This document shows, in pieces, positions 29,707 to 39,041 of a stretch of DNA of 64,000 bases. Origin of the DNA: an uncultured Clostridia bacterium (GTDB lineage: Bacteria > Bacillota > Clostridia > TANB77 > CAG-508). Both the position numbers and the translations under genes were made by a program. How positions within the stretch are numbered: the first letter of the stretch is position 1; every line of letters starts with the position of its first letter. The stretch lies in assembly GCA_947632605.1 (NCBI GenBank), contig CANRPX010000007.1, forward strand, positions 4,882-68,881, given 5' to 3'. Under the pieces are notes generated by a model. That model was not told the origin of the DNA and ran no database searches. It saw nothing but the letters and a program-made list of their open reading frames with translations.

Positions 29707-29711
29707 TAATT

Positions 29712-29740
29712 TAGACGTTCTTTATAGAACGTCTTTTTTA
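29712..29740 (+). terminator. Intrinsic terminator after rpsR
   Basis: AGACGTTC-TTTATA-GAACGTCT followed by T6. Confidence 0.7.
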
Positions 29741-29815
29741 TTTAATAGGAAAGTTCTATAAAAGGAAAAGAAAAAAAGGCATGACAAATAAGCCCATATA
29801 AAAATATGGTCAAAA

Positions 29816-29941
29816 TTATTCATTTAAAAAGTAATCCATGTCTAAAATATCTTCATTAGACATATTTTTTATTTCTTCAGCAGTATAGCCTTCTGGTGGA
29901 TTGCGCATATATTTTTTTCTTAATTCTTCAACATCTTCCAT
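29816..29941 (-). CDS. Small ORF (41 aa) immediately downstream of the transposase, with its own RBS
   Basis: On the minus strand it reads cattAAGGAGAGaaaatttATG, encoding MEDVEELRKKYMRNPPEGYTAEEIKNMSNEDILDMDYFLNE. Not in the ORF track (<60 aa). Confidence 0.3.
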   Translation of the reverse strand: MEDVEELRKKYMRNPPEGYTAEEIKNMSNEDILDMDYFLNE

Positions 29942-29974
29942 AAATTTTCTCTCCTTAATGAAGAGATTATATAA

Positions 29975-30592
29975 TTATGCAGAAGAATAAGCAATATCTT
30001 TCTTAAAGTATATGTTGAAGAATGACATATAATTACCACAAGAACATTTAATAGGGTCATAACCAAAAGATAATTCAATGGATTCACGCCATTTAGAAAG
30101 TTTCTTACGAATATTAATAATAGATTGTTTAACACGTTTAATAAGTTTGTCATGATGAGGGGACTTTTTAGCATAAATACCATAATAACGAATCATTTTA
30201 AATTGTTCATCAGGAATATGAATAATAAGTTTTTGAATAAATTCAAAAACAGGAATAGATTCAATAATTTTTTTATTATCTTCATGACGTTGATACCAAA
30301 AAGTAACATAAGAACCATCGTAATTAATGATACGAGATTGAGCCATAGAAGGTCTAGAAATATAGCGAATAATATAATTAACAACGTCATAAGAAGAAGA
30401 TAAATTAGGTTTAGCATAAACATAAAAACCGTTGTTTGTGAGCGGAATAAAGGAAGTTCTTAAAAGAACGAAAAGAAGACTTGCCAAGGACTTTTTCAAT
30501 ATTGTAAAGTAAGGTAGTTTGCCATTTTTTACGAAGCATAATATAAGGAAAATGATAAAAAGGACGCCAAGGGATAGAAGTACCAGAAGCAC
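29975..30592 (-). pseudogene. IS91-family transposase, C-terminal fragment (Y2 catalytic region)
   Basis: 205-aa ORF with RYYGIY (Y-x3-Y) and a conserved C-terminal CSCG. It continues the upstream fragment after a frame change. Confidence 0.6.
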
Positions 30593-31088
30593 CTTCAGAA
30601 ATAAGCATATGAATATGAGGATTCCATTTTAAATCACGACCGAAAGTATGAAGAGCACAGATGATACCAGGTTTAAAGTTTTGAGATTTATTCAAAGAGG
30701 AAAACCAGTCAAGAATAGTTTGAGCAGCAGATTTAAAAAGAAGATGAAGAAGAGAGCGATTTTTACGGAATAAGAAACGTAATTCAGCAGGAATAGTAAA
30801 AACGATATGTCTATGTTTACAATTAATTAATTTAGAAGATAGAGAAAGAGCACGAGCCTTTTGATATTTAGAGCCACAAGAGTTGCAGAAACGAGATTTA
30901 CAAGAAAAAGGAACGCACTTAAATTTTCCACAATGTTCACAAATATAAAGAGCATGACCAAGATTAGGATTTTGACAATTAATCATTTTAAGAACTTCTT
31001 TATTAACAACAGGTCTAACATTAGGGAAAGAGGTAATAAAATCAGACCAATTATCAGCCATGATTTGTTTAATAGTAAATTTAGACAT
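30411..31088 (-). pseudogene. IS91-family transposase, N-terminal fragment (Zn-finger + HUH), interrupted by a frameshift
   Basis: 225-aa ORF. It overlaps the C-terminal fragment ORF (29975-30592) in another frame, and an A6 run lies in the overlap. Confidence 0.6.
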
Positions 31089-31126
31089 ATAATCACCGAA
31101 ATAATTATAACAGAAAACAAAAGAAA

Positions 31127-31178
31127 AGGCACTAATTAAAATTAGTGCCAGCGTGAAAACGCAGTTTTCACTTTTTTA
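31127..31178. repeat. Two adjacent perfect hairpins at the 5' flank of the transposase (candidate IS end structure or bidirectional terminator)
   Basis: GGCACTAATT-AA-AATTAGTGCC is followed by GTGAAAAC-GCA-GTTTTCAC and then TTTTTT. Confidence 0.5.
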
Positions 31179-31224
31179 TATTATTTGTTTATATATATTG
31201 AAATTTTATAAATAAGAATATATA

Positions 31225-31716
31225 ATGACAAAAAAAGTTTGGAGGAAATTTATTATGAGTAGAAAAAGAGGATTTGAAGTAGCAAAAGGATTTGAAAATT
31301 CAGGAATTAATTTACCAGTTAGAAAAACAAAAAATTCTGCTGGATATGATATTGAAGCTGCAGAAGATACAATTATACCACCATTTAAATTAGGTCAAAA
31401 ACCAACATTAATTAAAACAGGTTTAAAAGCATATTGTGAACCAGATGAATTTTATATGCTTTGTAATAGAAGTTCTAATCCAGGAAAAAGAGGACTTGTA
31501 ATGGCAAATAGTGTTGGAATTATAGATAGTGATTATTATGGAAATGTTGACAATGATGGACATTTTATGTTTGCTTATTATAACTTTTTTGATCATGATG
31601 TAGAAATAAAAAAAGGTGAAGTAATTGGACAAGCAATATTTATGAAATACTTAATTACAGATGATGATAAAGCAGAAGGAGAAAGAAAGGGTGGATTTGG
31701 CTCTACAAACAAATAA
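31225..31716 (+). CDS. dut: dUTP diphosphatase (trimeric dUTPase). The start is possibly ATG 31255.
   Basis: Motifs SAGYDI, GIIDSDYYG and C-terminal RKGGFGSTN are present. Confidence 0.8.
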   Translation: MTKKVWRKFIMSRKRGFEVAKGFENSGINLPVRKTKNSAGYDIEAAEDTIIPPFKLGQKPTLIKTGLKAYCEPDEFYMLCNRSSNPGKRGLVMANSVGIIDSDYYGNVDNDGHFMFAYYNFFDHDVEIKKGEVIGQAIFMKYLITDDDKAEGERKGGFGSTNK

Positions 31717-31886
31717 AACTATATTAAACCTATAATTTATCTAAATTTCAAGTGATTTTTTAATATGTAATATAAATGAAAAAAAGTTTTTAAAAATTCG
31801 TTATAATTCTTTGACTTTTAGCTTTTTTTGTAGTATAATTGTAATGTAGTATTTTAAAAATATTACTTGGAAGGAGTGACGAATTA

Positions 31887-32468
31887 ATGTTTAAAGTAGG
31901 AGATAAGATAGTGTATCCAATGCATGGAGCCGGAGTAATTGAAAAAATTGAAGAAAGAGCAATTTTAGATGAAAAACAATCTTATTATATAATAAAAATG
32001 CCTGGCGAAGTTAAAGTTATGGTTCCTACTGCTAAAGCAGAAGAAATAGGCGTTAGAAATATAATTGATAAAGAAACAGCCGGAAAAGTAATAAATGTTT
32101 TAGAGCAAGATAGCACTGAAATGTCTATTAAGTGGAACAAAAGATACAGAGACAATGTTGAAAAAATGAAATCTGGAGACATTTTTGAAGTAGCTGATAT
32201 CGTTAGAAATTTAAGCTTTAAACAAAAAGAAAAAGGATTATCAACAACTGAAAAGAAAATGCTTTTAAATGCTAAACAAATTTTAATAAGTGAATTAGTT
32301 CTTGCAGAAAGTACTAACAAAGAAGAAATGGAAGAACTAGTTGAAAATAAAATAAATACTTCTTATGAACTACATGGACTTGGAGGAACAGAAGTATTAG
32401 AACAAGCAGCTGGAATGGAAGAAAAAACTGCTGACAATATAGTTAAAAAATTAATTTCAGCAAACTAA
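31887..32468 (+). CDS. carD: CarD/CdnL family RNA-polymerase-binding transcription factor
   Basis: The N-terminal Tudor-like domain reads FKVGDKIVYPMHGAGVIEKIEER. 193 aa. Confidence 0.75.
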   Translation: MFKVGDKIVYPMHGAGVIEKIEERAILDEKQSYYIIKMPGEVKVMVPTAKAEEIGVRNIIDKETAGKVINVLEQDSTEMSIKWNKRYRDNVEKMKSGDIFEVADIVRNLSFKQKEKGLSTTEKKMLLNAKQILISELVLAESTNKEEMEELVENKINTSYELHGLGGTEVLEQAAGMEEKTADNIVKKLISAN

Positions 32469-32651
32469 AAAAATAAGAAAGGTTATATAGAAATATATAA
32501 TCTTTTTTTATGCCATATAATTCTTTATAAAAAAAAATATTTAATATATACTTATATAATAGTAAAAAATGCAAATTGTGCAAATAGATTTACATAAAAA
32601 ATAAAGGATTTAAGGGATACGTGTCGAATATTATAAAAGAAAGGTTAAAAA

Positions 32652-34439
32652 ATGGTTCAATACACTGACGAATTAAAAGAAGAAATAAGATCAGCAAATG
32701 ATATCGTAGATGTCATATCTCAATATGTAAGCTTGAAAAGAAGTGGTAGAAATTTTTTCGGTTTATGTCCTTTTCATAAAGAAAAATCACCTTCTTTTTC
32801 TGTTTCTGCTGACAGACAATATTTTCACTGTTTTGGTTGTCATAAAGGTGGAGATGTCTTTACTTTTGTTAGTGAAATTGAAAAAGTATCTTTTAAAGAA
32901 GCATTAGAATTATTAGCTGAAAGAGCAAAAATCCAATTACCAGTATCAGAAAATCCTGAATTTAATAAAAAACAATATTTAAAAGATAGAATGTACAAAG
33001 TCAACAGTGAAGCAACAATCTTTTATCATGAAAGATTATATAAACCTTTAGCAAAAATAGCACAAGACTATGTAAAACAAAGAAAGTTAGATAATAATAC
33101 TTTAAAAGCTTTTAAAATTGGTTATTCAGGCGAATACAATGAGTTATATAAACACTTGAAATCTAAAAGTTTTAAAGATGAAGAAATATTAGCAACAGGT
33201 CTTGTAAATAAAAATGATAGAGGAGAATATATTGATCGTTTTAGAAAAAGACTTATGTTTCCAATATTAGATGTTAGTGGAAGAGTTATTGCTTTTGGTG
33301 GTAGAAAATTAGATAATAATGAAAAAACTGCTAAATATATCAATTCTAATGAAAATTTAGTATATTCTAAAAAGAAAAATTTATTTGCATTAAATTTAGC
33401 AAAACAATCTGATTCTAAAAATATTATTTTAGTCGAAGGATATATGGATGCTATTTCTTTGTATCAAAGAGGATTTAACAATGTTGTTGCTTCACTTGGA
33501 ACAGCCCTAACAGAAGAACAGGGAAGATTATTAAGAAGATATTGTGAGCAAGTAATATTGAGTTATGATTCAGATGGTGCAGGACAAGAAGCAATAATGA
33601 GAGGACTAACAATTTTAGAAGATCAAGGTTGTGATGCTAGAGTATTGCAGATGGATGGAGCAAAAGATCCAGATGAATATGTTATTAAATATGGTAGTGG
33701 AAGATTTAAAATGTTGGTTGATAATGCAATTTCGCTAGTAGAGTTCAAGATTAAAATGTTAAAAAACAAATATAATCTTGAAAATTCTAATGACAAGATA
33801 AGATTCTTGAAAGAAATTACTAAAGTTCTTTCAGATGTCGATAATAAAATAGAAAAAGAGATATACATCGACAAAATATCAAAACAATACAACATATCTA
33901 AAGAAGCAATTTATGCAGAAGTAAATAAAGCAACATATACTTCTAAAAAAGATGAAAAAGTACTTATAAAACCTAAAATAAAAAAAGAAGAAGTAGTAGA
34001 AATAAATCCTGCAATAATAAAAAGAGAAAATATGATTATTTATCTACTTATAAATTATTTTAGAGAATCTTATGAAAAAATAGTAACTAACATTTTTCTA
34101 GAAGATTTTAAATTAGAATCAAATAAATTATTGTTTGAAACAATTTTAAATTCACAAGCAGAAGAAAGCGACAAGATTTTACAGATTATTTCAAACATAG
34201 AAGATTCAGAAATACAGTCACATGTTAGTGAAATTTTAGTAACAGATTATGAGATTAATTCTGTTGATAAATGTATAGAAGATTTGGTAAATACTTATAA
34301 TAAAGAGAGATTAGCAAATAGAAAAATGGAAATTGTTCATATTTTAGATAATAAATCATCAGAATTATCAAAAGATGAAATATCTAAATTAGAACAAGAA
34401 TTAAGTGATATTATAGTTGAATTGGCTAAGAAAAAGTAG
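32652..34439 (+). CDS. dnaG: DNA primase
   Basis: The zinc ribbon reads [31 protein letters not shown]. The Toprim motif EGYMDAIS is present. It is followed by sigA as in the conserved dnaG-sigA operon. Confidence 0.9.
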   Translation: MVQYTDELKEEIRSANDIVDVISQYVSLKRSGRNFFGLCPFHKEKSPSFSVSADRQYFHCFGCHKGGDVFTFVSEIEKVSFKEALELLAERAKIQLPVSENPEFNKKQYLKDRMYKVNSEATIFYHERLYKPLAKIAQDYVKQRKLDNNTLKAFKIGYSGEYNELYKHLKSKSFKDEEILATGLVNKNDRGEYIDRFRKRLMFPILDVSGRVIAFGGRKLDNNEKTAKYINSNENLVYSKKKNLFALNLAKQSDSKNIILVEGYMDAISLYQRGFNNVVASLGTALTEEQGRLLRRYCEQVILSYDSDGAGQEAIMRGLTILEDQGCDARVLQMDGAKDPDEYVIKYGSGRFKMLVDNAISLVEFKIKMLKNKYNLENSNDKIRFLKEITKVLSDVDNKIEKEIYIDKISKQYNISKEAIYAEVNKATYTSKKDEKVLIKPKIKKEEVVEINPAIIKRENMIIYLLINYFRESYEKIVTNIFLEDFKLESNKLLFETILNSQAEESDKILQIISNIEDSEIQSHVSEILVTDYEINSVDKCIEDLVNTYNKERLANRKMEIVHILDNKSSELSKDEISKLEQELSDIIVELAKKK

Positions 34440-34455
34440 GAGGGATTTAGAAAAG

Positions 34456-36093
34456 ATGAGAAAAAAAGAGATAATAGAAGAAGAAAAACCTACAACAAAG
34501 AAAAATATAAAAAAGTCAGTAGATAGCGATACTAAAAAAACTGCAAAATCTAAAAAAGAAGAGAAAAAAGTAGAAGAAAAAGTTAAAAAATCTACAAAAT
34601 CTAAAAAAGAAGAAGCAGTTGTAGAAAAACCAAAAAAAGTAGCAAAAGTAGAAAAAGAAGAAAAGAAAGAAGAAAATAAACCAAAAAAATCAGTAAAGGC
34701 AGAAAAAGAAGGGAAGAAAGAAGAAAGTAAATCTAAAAAAACAGTAAAAGCAGAAAAAGAAGAAAAGAAAGAAGAAAATAAATCTAAAAAAACAGCAAAG
34801 GCAGAAAAAGAAGAAAAGAAAGAAGAAAGTAAACCAAAAAAATCAGCAAAGGTAGAAGAAGAAAAGAAAGAAGAAAAAAAATCTAAAAAAGTAGCAAAAG
34901 AAGAAAAACCAGAAGAAGAAAGCAAATCTTCAAAAACTCAAAAAGCTGAAAAAGTAGAAAATAAAGAGCCTGAAGTTAAAGAAGAGAAGAATAATAAAAA
35001 ATCTGAAGATCCAGAAAAAGATAAAATTTTAAAAATTGTTAATGATGCTAAAGCAAAAGGAAATATCACTTATGGGGAATTAGCACTAGAGCTTGGTGAA
35101 GCTAATCCAGAACAAATTGATAAAGTTTTTGAAGCTTTTGAAGAAATGGGTGTTAATGTTCTAAAAGATGATGATGATTTATTAGAACCAGATCCAGAAG
35201 ATTTAGATGAAGTAGAAGATATAAAACTTGATGAATTAGATATAAATAATGCTATTGAAGGTGTTAGTGTTGATGACCCAGTAAGAATGTATTTAAGAGA
35301 AATTGGTAGAATACCATTACTTACTTTTGAAGAAGAATTAGAGCTTGCAGAACAAGTTTTAGAAGGAAATGAAGAAGCAAAACAAAAATTAGCTGAATCA
35401 AATTTAAGATTAGTTGTAAGTATAGCTAAAAAATATGTTGGAAGAGGAATGTTATTCTTAGATTTAATCCAAGAAGGAAATATGGGATTAATAAAAGCAG
35501 TAGAAAAATTCGACTATAAAAAAGGATATAAATTTAGTACTTATGCTACATGGTGGATTAGACAAGCTATTACAAGAGCAATTGCAGATCAAGCTAGAAC
35601 AATTAGAATTCCAGTTCACATGGTAGAAACAATAAATAAATTAATTCGTACTTCTAGACATTTACTTCAAATGTTAGGAAGAGAACCTTCTCCAGAAGAA
35701 ATTGCTGAAGAAATGGAAATACCAGTTGAAAAAGTAATGGAAATCCAAAAAATAGCACAAGATCCAGTTTCTTTGGAAACACCAATAGGAGAAGAAGATG
35801 ATAGTCATTTAGGAGATTTTATTCCTGATGATGAATCACCAGCACCACACGATTCAGCTGCATATACATTATTAAAAGAACAATTAGAAGAAGTTATGGC
35901 AACTTTAACACCAAGAGAAGCAAAAGTATTAAAATTGAGATTTGGACTAGAAGATGGAAAAGCTAGAACTCTAGAAGAAGTAGGAAAAGAGTTCCAAGTA
36001 ACTCGTGAAAGAATTAGACAAATTGAAGCAAAAGCATTAAGAAAATTAAGACATCCAAGTAGAAGTAAAAGATTGAAAGATTATATGACCTAA
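34456..36093 (+). CDS. sigA: Primary sigma factor RpoD/SigA with a Lys/Glu-rich repeat insertion of about 180 aa near the N-terminus
   Basis: Region 2 reads [11 protein letters not shown] ... [19 protein letters not shown] ... [17 protein letters not shown] and region 4 reads [19 protein letters not shown]. The start was chosen at the ATG 13 nt after an RBS GGAGGG (the ORF track begins at an upstream TTG inside dnaG). Confidence 0.9.
   Translation: MRKKEIIEEEKPTTKKNIKKSVDSDTKKTAKSKKEEKKVEEKVKKSTKSKKEEAVVEKPKKVAKVEKEEKKEENKPKKSVKAEKEGKKEESKSKKTVKAEKEEKKEENKSKKTAKAEKEEKKEESKPKKSAKVEEEKKEEKKSKKVAKEEKPEEESKSSKTQKAEKVENKEPEVKEEKNNKKSEDPEKDKILKIVNDAKAKGNITYGELALELGEANPEQIDKVFEAFEEMGVNVLKDDDDLLEPDPEDLDEVEDIKLDELDINNAIEGVSVDDPVRMYLREIGRIPLLTFEEELELAEQVLEGNEEAKQKLAESNLRLVVSIAKKYVGRGMLFLDLIQEGNMGLIKAVEKFDYKKGYKFSTYATWWIRQAITRAIADQARTIRIPVHMVETINKLIRTSRHLLQMLGREPSPEEIAEEMEIPVEKVMEIQKIAQDPVSLETPIGEEDDSHLGDFIPDDESPAPHDSAAYTLLKEQLEEVMATLTPREAKVLKLRFGLEDGKARTLEEVGKEFQVTRERIRQIEAKALRKLRHPSRSKRLKDYMT
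34640..34900 (+). repeat. In-frame tandem repeat of 51 nt (a 17-aa unit like [17 protein letters not shown]) in about 5 copies inside sigA
   Basis: Direct reading of the repeated units in DNA and protein. Confidence 0.8.
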
Positions 36094-36114
36094 AAATTAT
36101 GTAAATTATTTTGA

Positions 36115-36148
36115 AAAAAACCTTGATTTTTAAGGTTTTTTTTGATAT
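36115..36148 (+). terminator. Intrinsic terminator after sigA
   Basis: AAACCTT ... AAGGTTT stem followed by T8. Confidence 0.6.
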
Positions 36149-36221
36149 AATAATTATGGAATTATTATTATAAAATATAGAAAGGAAAATAGCTAACTAG
36201 TTAGCTTAGAATAAATTAATT

Positions 36222-36596
36222 ATGGGATTAGTAGATTTTTTTAAAAAACTTGGAAATGATGTAAAAAAATTCGCAACAAAATTTTTCGCTGAGGATAATT
36301 TTGTGGAATATGATAGTAGAGAAGATTTAAAAGCAGCAATAGTTACTTCTGGTATGAACAGAGAAGAAGGAAGCTTACTTGTTAGAGAACATGACCAATC
36401 TGTAACTAGAGGTAGACATTTAGATGATGTACAAGATAGAGATATAATAATTACACCAGCTGATAGAATGGATGATAGTACTGATTTAGAGCAAGATTCA
36501 ACAATAAGAAATATTCGTGTTAAAGAAACACCTATACCAGATGGAGATGCTCATCAAAGAGAACAAGGTGGAAAAAATAGAGAAAGATCTTTATAG
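36222..36596 (+). CDS. Hypothetical protein (124 aa)
   Basis: An ORF with no recognisable motif; a strong terminator follows. Confidence 0.4.
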   Translation: MGLVDFFKKLGNDVKKFATKFFAEDNFVEYDSREDLKAAIVTSGMNREEGSLLVREHDQSVTRGRHLDDVQDRDIIITPADRMDDSTDLEQDSTIRNIRVKETPIPDGDAHQREQGGKNRERSL

Positions 36597-36619
36597 AATT
36601 AATTTGAATAATTTTAGAT

Positions 36620-36665
36620 AAGCATATCTAATAACTTAAATTATTAGATATGCTTAAATTTTTTC
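36620..36665 (+). terminator. Intrinsic terminator
   Basis: Perfect 15-bp stem AAGCATATCTAATAA-CTTAAA-TTATTAGATATGCTT followed by AAATTTTTT. Confidence 0.7.
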
Positions 36666-36666
36666 C

Positions 36667-36695
36667 TTGACAAATATTGCAGATTGTGTTAAAAT
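36667..36695 (+). promoter_or_regulatory. Sigma-A promoter for rplU-rpmA (TTGACA-17-TAAAAT, TGn extended -10)
   Basis: A consensus -35 hexamer and a near-consensus -10 at 17-nt spacing, about 100 nt upstream of rplU. Confidence 0.6.
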
Positions 36696-36699
36696 TTTA

Positions 36700-36795
36700 T
36701 ACTGTAAACTGCTTAACTAAGGTAATAAAGGCTAATTTAATTTAGCTACCTAAGTTGGAAGTTAGCGAGTATACGAAAAGGGAGGTGCATTGTAA
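36700..36795 (+). promoter_or_regulatory. Possible ribosomal protein L21 leader (autoregulatory 5' UTR structure, L21_leader-like)
   Basis: A 5' UTR of about 100 nt lies between the promoter and the rplU RBS. It has paired segments (TAACTAAGGTA ... TACCTAAGTTGGAAGTTAG). Firmicutes carry a conserved L21 leader here. Confidence 0.3.
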
Positions 36796-37221
36796 ATGTA
36801 CGCAATTATTGAAGCTTGTGGAAGACAATACAAGGTACAAGAAGGAGAAACTGTATATTTTGAAAAACTAGGAGAAGAAGAAGGAAAGAAAGTTCACTTC
36901 GACAAAGTAGTTCTAGTATCAGATAATGGTAAAGTACAAGTTGGAAATCCTTATGTAAGTAATGTTAAAGTTGAAGGAAAAGTAGTTTCAAACGGTAGAG
37001 GAAAGAAAATTTTAGTTTTCAAATACAAAGCTAAAAAGAATGAAAGAAATACTAGAGGACATAGACAAGACTACACAAAAGTAGAAATTACTTCAATTAA
37101 AACTAAAGCTGAAAAAGCAGTAGCTGAAAAGGCAGAAGAAAAAGAAACAGCTAAAAAAGAAACAGCTACAAAATCAGCAGAGAAAAAAGCTGAAAAGAAA
37201 ACAGAAAAAGCAGAAAAATAA
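36796..37221 (+). CDS. rplU: 50S ribosomal protein L21 (with a Lys/Glu/Ala-rich C-terminal extension)
   Basis: Starts [18 protein letters not shown]. The C-terminus has KAEK repeats. Confidence 0.9.
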   Translation: MYAIIEACGRQYKVQEGETVYFEKLGEEEGKKVHFDKVVLVSDNGKVQVGNPYVSNVKVEGKVVSNGRGKKILVFKYKAKKNERNTRGHRQDYTKVEITSIKTKAEKAVAEKAEEKETAKKETATKSAEKKAEKKTEKAEK

Positions 37222-37288
37222 TTAATTATATCTTGAGAATAAAAAATGATATAAATAAAAATTATAAAGCGAAAGGAGTGAATCTTTC

Positions 37289-37543
37289 ATGGCACACAAA
37301 AAAGGTCAAGGTAGTGTTAAGAACGGAAGAGATAGTGAGTCAAAAAGACTTGGTGTTAAAAAATCTGATGGACAAATAGTTAAAGCTGGAAATATTATAG
37401 TAAGACAAAGAGGAACTAATGTACATCCAGGAACTAATGTTGGAATCGGTAGCGATGACACTTTATTTGCTTTAATAGATGGAACAGTTAAATTTGAAAG
37501 AAAAGGTAAAGATAAAAAACAAGTAAGTGTTTATCCAGCATAA
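37289..37543 (+). CDS. rpmA: 50S ribosomal protein L27 (no N-terminal propeptide)
   Basis: Starts [24 protein letters not shown]. It begins directly at the mature A-H-K-K-G motif. Confidence 0.9.
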   Translation: MAHKKGQGSVKNGRDSESKRLGVKKSDGQIVKAGNIIVRQRGTNVHPGTNVGIGSDDTLFALIDGTVKFERKGKDKKQVSVYPA

Positions 37544-37788
37544 TATAAATATTTTAAAGTGAATTAATATAAACCCAAAATGTTATAAACATTGAGGGTT
37601 TTTATTATGCCATAAAATATAAAAATTTTAATTTTAATTTAATTTTATAGATATAAAATTAGTACATAAAAATAAAGTAAAAAAATATTTTAAATAAAAT
37701 GAATTTTTTTTATAAAATGTTTGAAAAAAATTATAATATATGTTTTAATGATATTAGTAATATTTTGTTTTAAAAAAGGAGATAAAGT

Positions 37789-38907
37789 ATGAAAAATTGG
37801 GTTTCATATTTAATAATAATAGTATTGATTTTAGTAGTTGTAGCAATAGGTATACTAACTTATAACATTTTAAAAGCACCAACTGATACAGCTGATACAA
37901 CTAATCAAGTAGAAGAAGTTCCAAAACCAGTTATAGAATTTGATAAAGAAGTAAATGAGGGAGTTGTTACTATAAATGTAAATGCAACAATAGATGGAGA
38001 TACAGAAATTAGTAAAATTGAGCTTCCAGATAAAACTTCAGTAGTAGCAAGCAGTACAACATTTGATGTTAATAAAAATGGCGATTATGAATTTACAGCT
38101 TATGCTAAAAATGGTGAATCTACAACTGAAACAGTAACTGTTTCTGAATTAGAGGAAGTTTCTTCTAAAAACCCATATTTACCAAAAGGATTTACAGAAG
38201 TCGGAGGATATCCAGAATCTGGATATGTAATAGAAGATGAATATGGAAACCAATATGTTTGGGTGCCAGTAGATTCTGGAAAACTTACTCGTGATACTAT
38301 GCTAGATATGAGATATGAAGAAACAAATAGTGGAGCAACTGAATTAGTAAATAGTGTTGCACAAAATTATGGATTTTATATCGCAAGATTTGAAGCATCA
38401 CAATATGAAAAAGATGGAAAAATAGTTGCAGCATCAATGTCTGGAAAAACTCCTTGGATTAATATAAATTCATTAGATGCAATAAGCTATGCAGAAGCTT
38501 CAGCTCAAGACTTTGGATATGAAGATTGTCAAACAGCTTTAATTAGTAGTTTTGCTTGGGATACTGTACTTTCTTGGATTAATAATAGATATACAAATTA
38601 TTCATCTAACACAAATTACGGAAATTATTCTGGAACAGTATATCCAACAGGATATACAGAGCAAGATAATGTAAACAATATTTGTGATTTAGCAGGAAAT
38701 GTTAGAGAATGGACAACAGAAGTATATAAAGAGGATGAAACATCTAGTAAAAAAAGTAATAAAAATAGCGATTCTGAATATACTGTAAAAAGAGTAGTAA
38801 GAGGAGGAAGTGCTACTATTAATAGAACACCAGCAGCTCACATGCCATATACAGAAACTATGACAGACCCATATTGGGGATTTAGAATGGTATTATATAA
38901 AAAATAA
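37789..38907 (+). CDS. Membrane-anchored FGE-sulfatase (SUMF1/EgtB/PvdO-type) domain protein
   Basis: N-terminal TM, an Ig-like region, then FGE-fold motifs YIARFEAS, GNVREWTTE, VVRGGSA and GFRMV. Confidence 0.55.
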   Translation: MKNWVSYLIIIVLILVVVAIGILTYNILKAPTDTADTTNQVEEVPKPVIEFDKEVNEGVVTINVNATIDGDTEISKIELPDKTSVVASSTTFDVNKNGDYEFTAYAKNGESTTETVTVSELEEVSSKNPYLPKGFTEVGGYPESGYVIEDEYGNQYVWVPVDSGKLTRDTMLDMRYEETNSGATELVNSVAQNYGFYIARFEASQYEKDGKIVAASMSGKTPWININSLDAISYAEASAQDFGYEDCQTALISSFAWDTVLSWINNRYTNYSSNTNYGNYSGTVYPTGYTEQDNVNNICDLAGNVREWTTEVYKEDETSSKKSNKNSDSEYTVKRVVRGGSATINRTPAAHMPYTETMTDPYWGFRMVLYKK

Positions 38908-38921
38908 AATAAAATTTAGAA

Positions 38922-38968
38922 AACCCTTTCTATGTTATCTAAAATTAATATAGAAAGGGCTATTTTTA
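38922..38968 (+). terminator. Intrinsic terminator
   Basis: CCCTTTCTAT ... ATAGAAAGGG, a 10-bp stem followed by a T-run. Confidence 0.6.
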
Positions 38969-39041
38969 TACTTTAATAGTATTGAAAAAAACACATAAAT
39001 AGTATATAATAGCACATATCTTATAAAGAGGAGAGGCAATA

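Larger units (their letters stand above)
29745..31180 (-). mobile_element. IS91-family (HUH-Y2 rolling-circle) insertion sequence with a frameshifted transposase. Boundaries are approximate.
   Basis: The transposase has an N-terminal Zn-binding domain (CEHCGKFKCVPFSCKSRFCNSCG), an HUH motif (NPHIHMLIS) and a Y2 region (IRYYGIYAKK), split over two overlapping ORFs. A small co-oriented ORF lies downstream and twin hairpins lie upstream. Confidence 0.6.

Noticed and set aside
34401-34925. 174-aa Phe/Ser-rich ORF on the minus strand
   Set aside because: It is the antisense of the Lys/Glu (AAA/GAA) repeat inside sigA, so it is an artefact.
38908-39041. T-box leader upstream of aspS
   Set aside because: Only 134 nt, most of it taken by the upstream terminator. 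No T-box consensus (AATTAGGGTGG-like) is seen.
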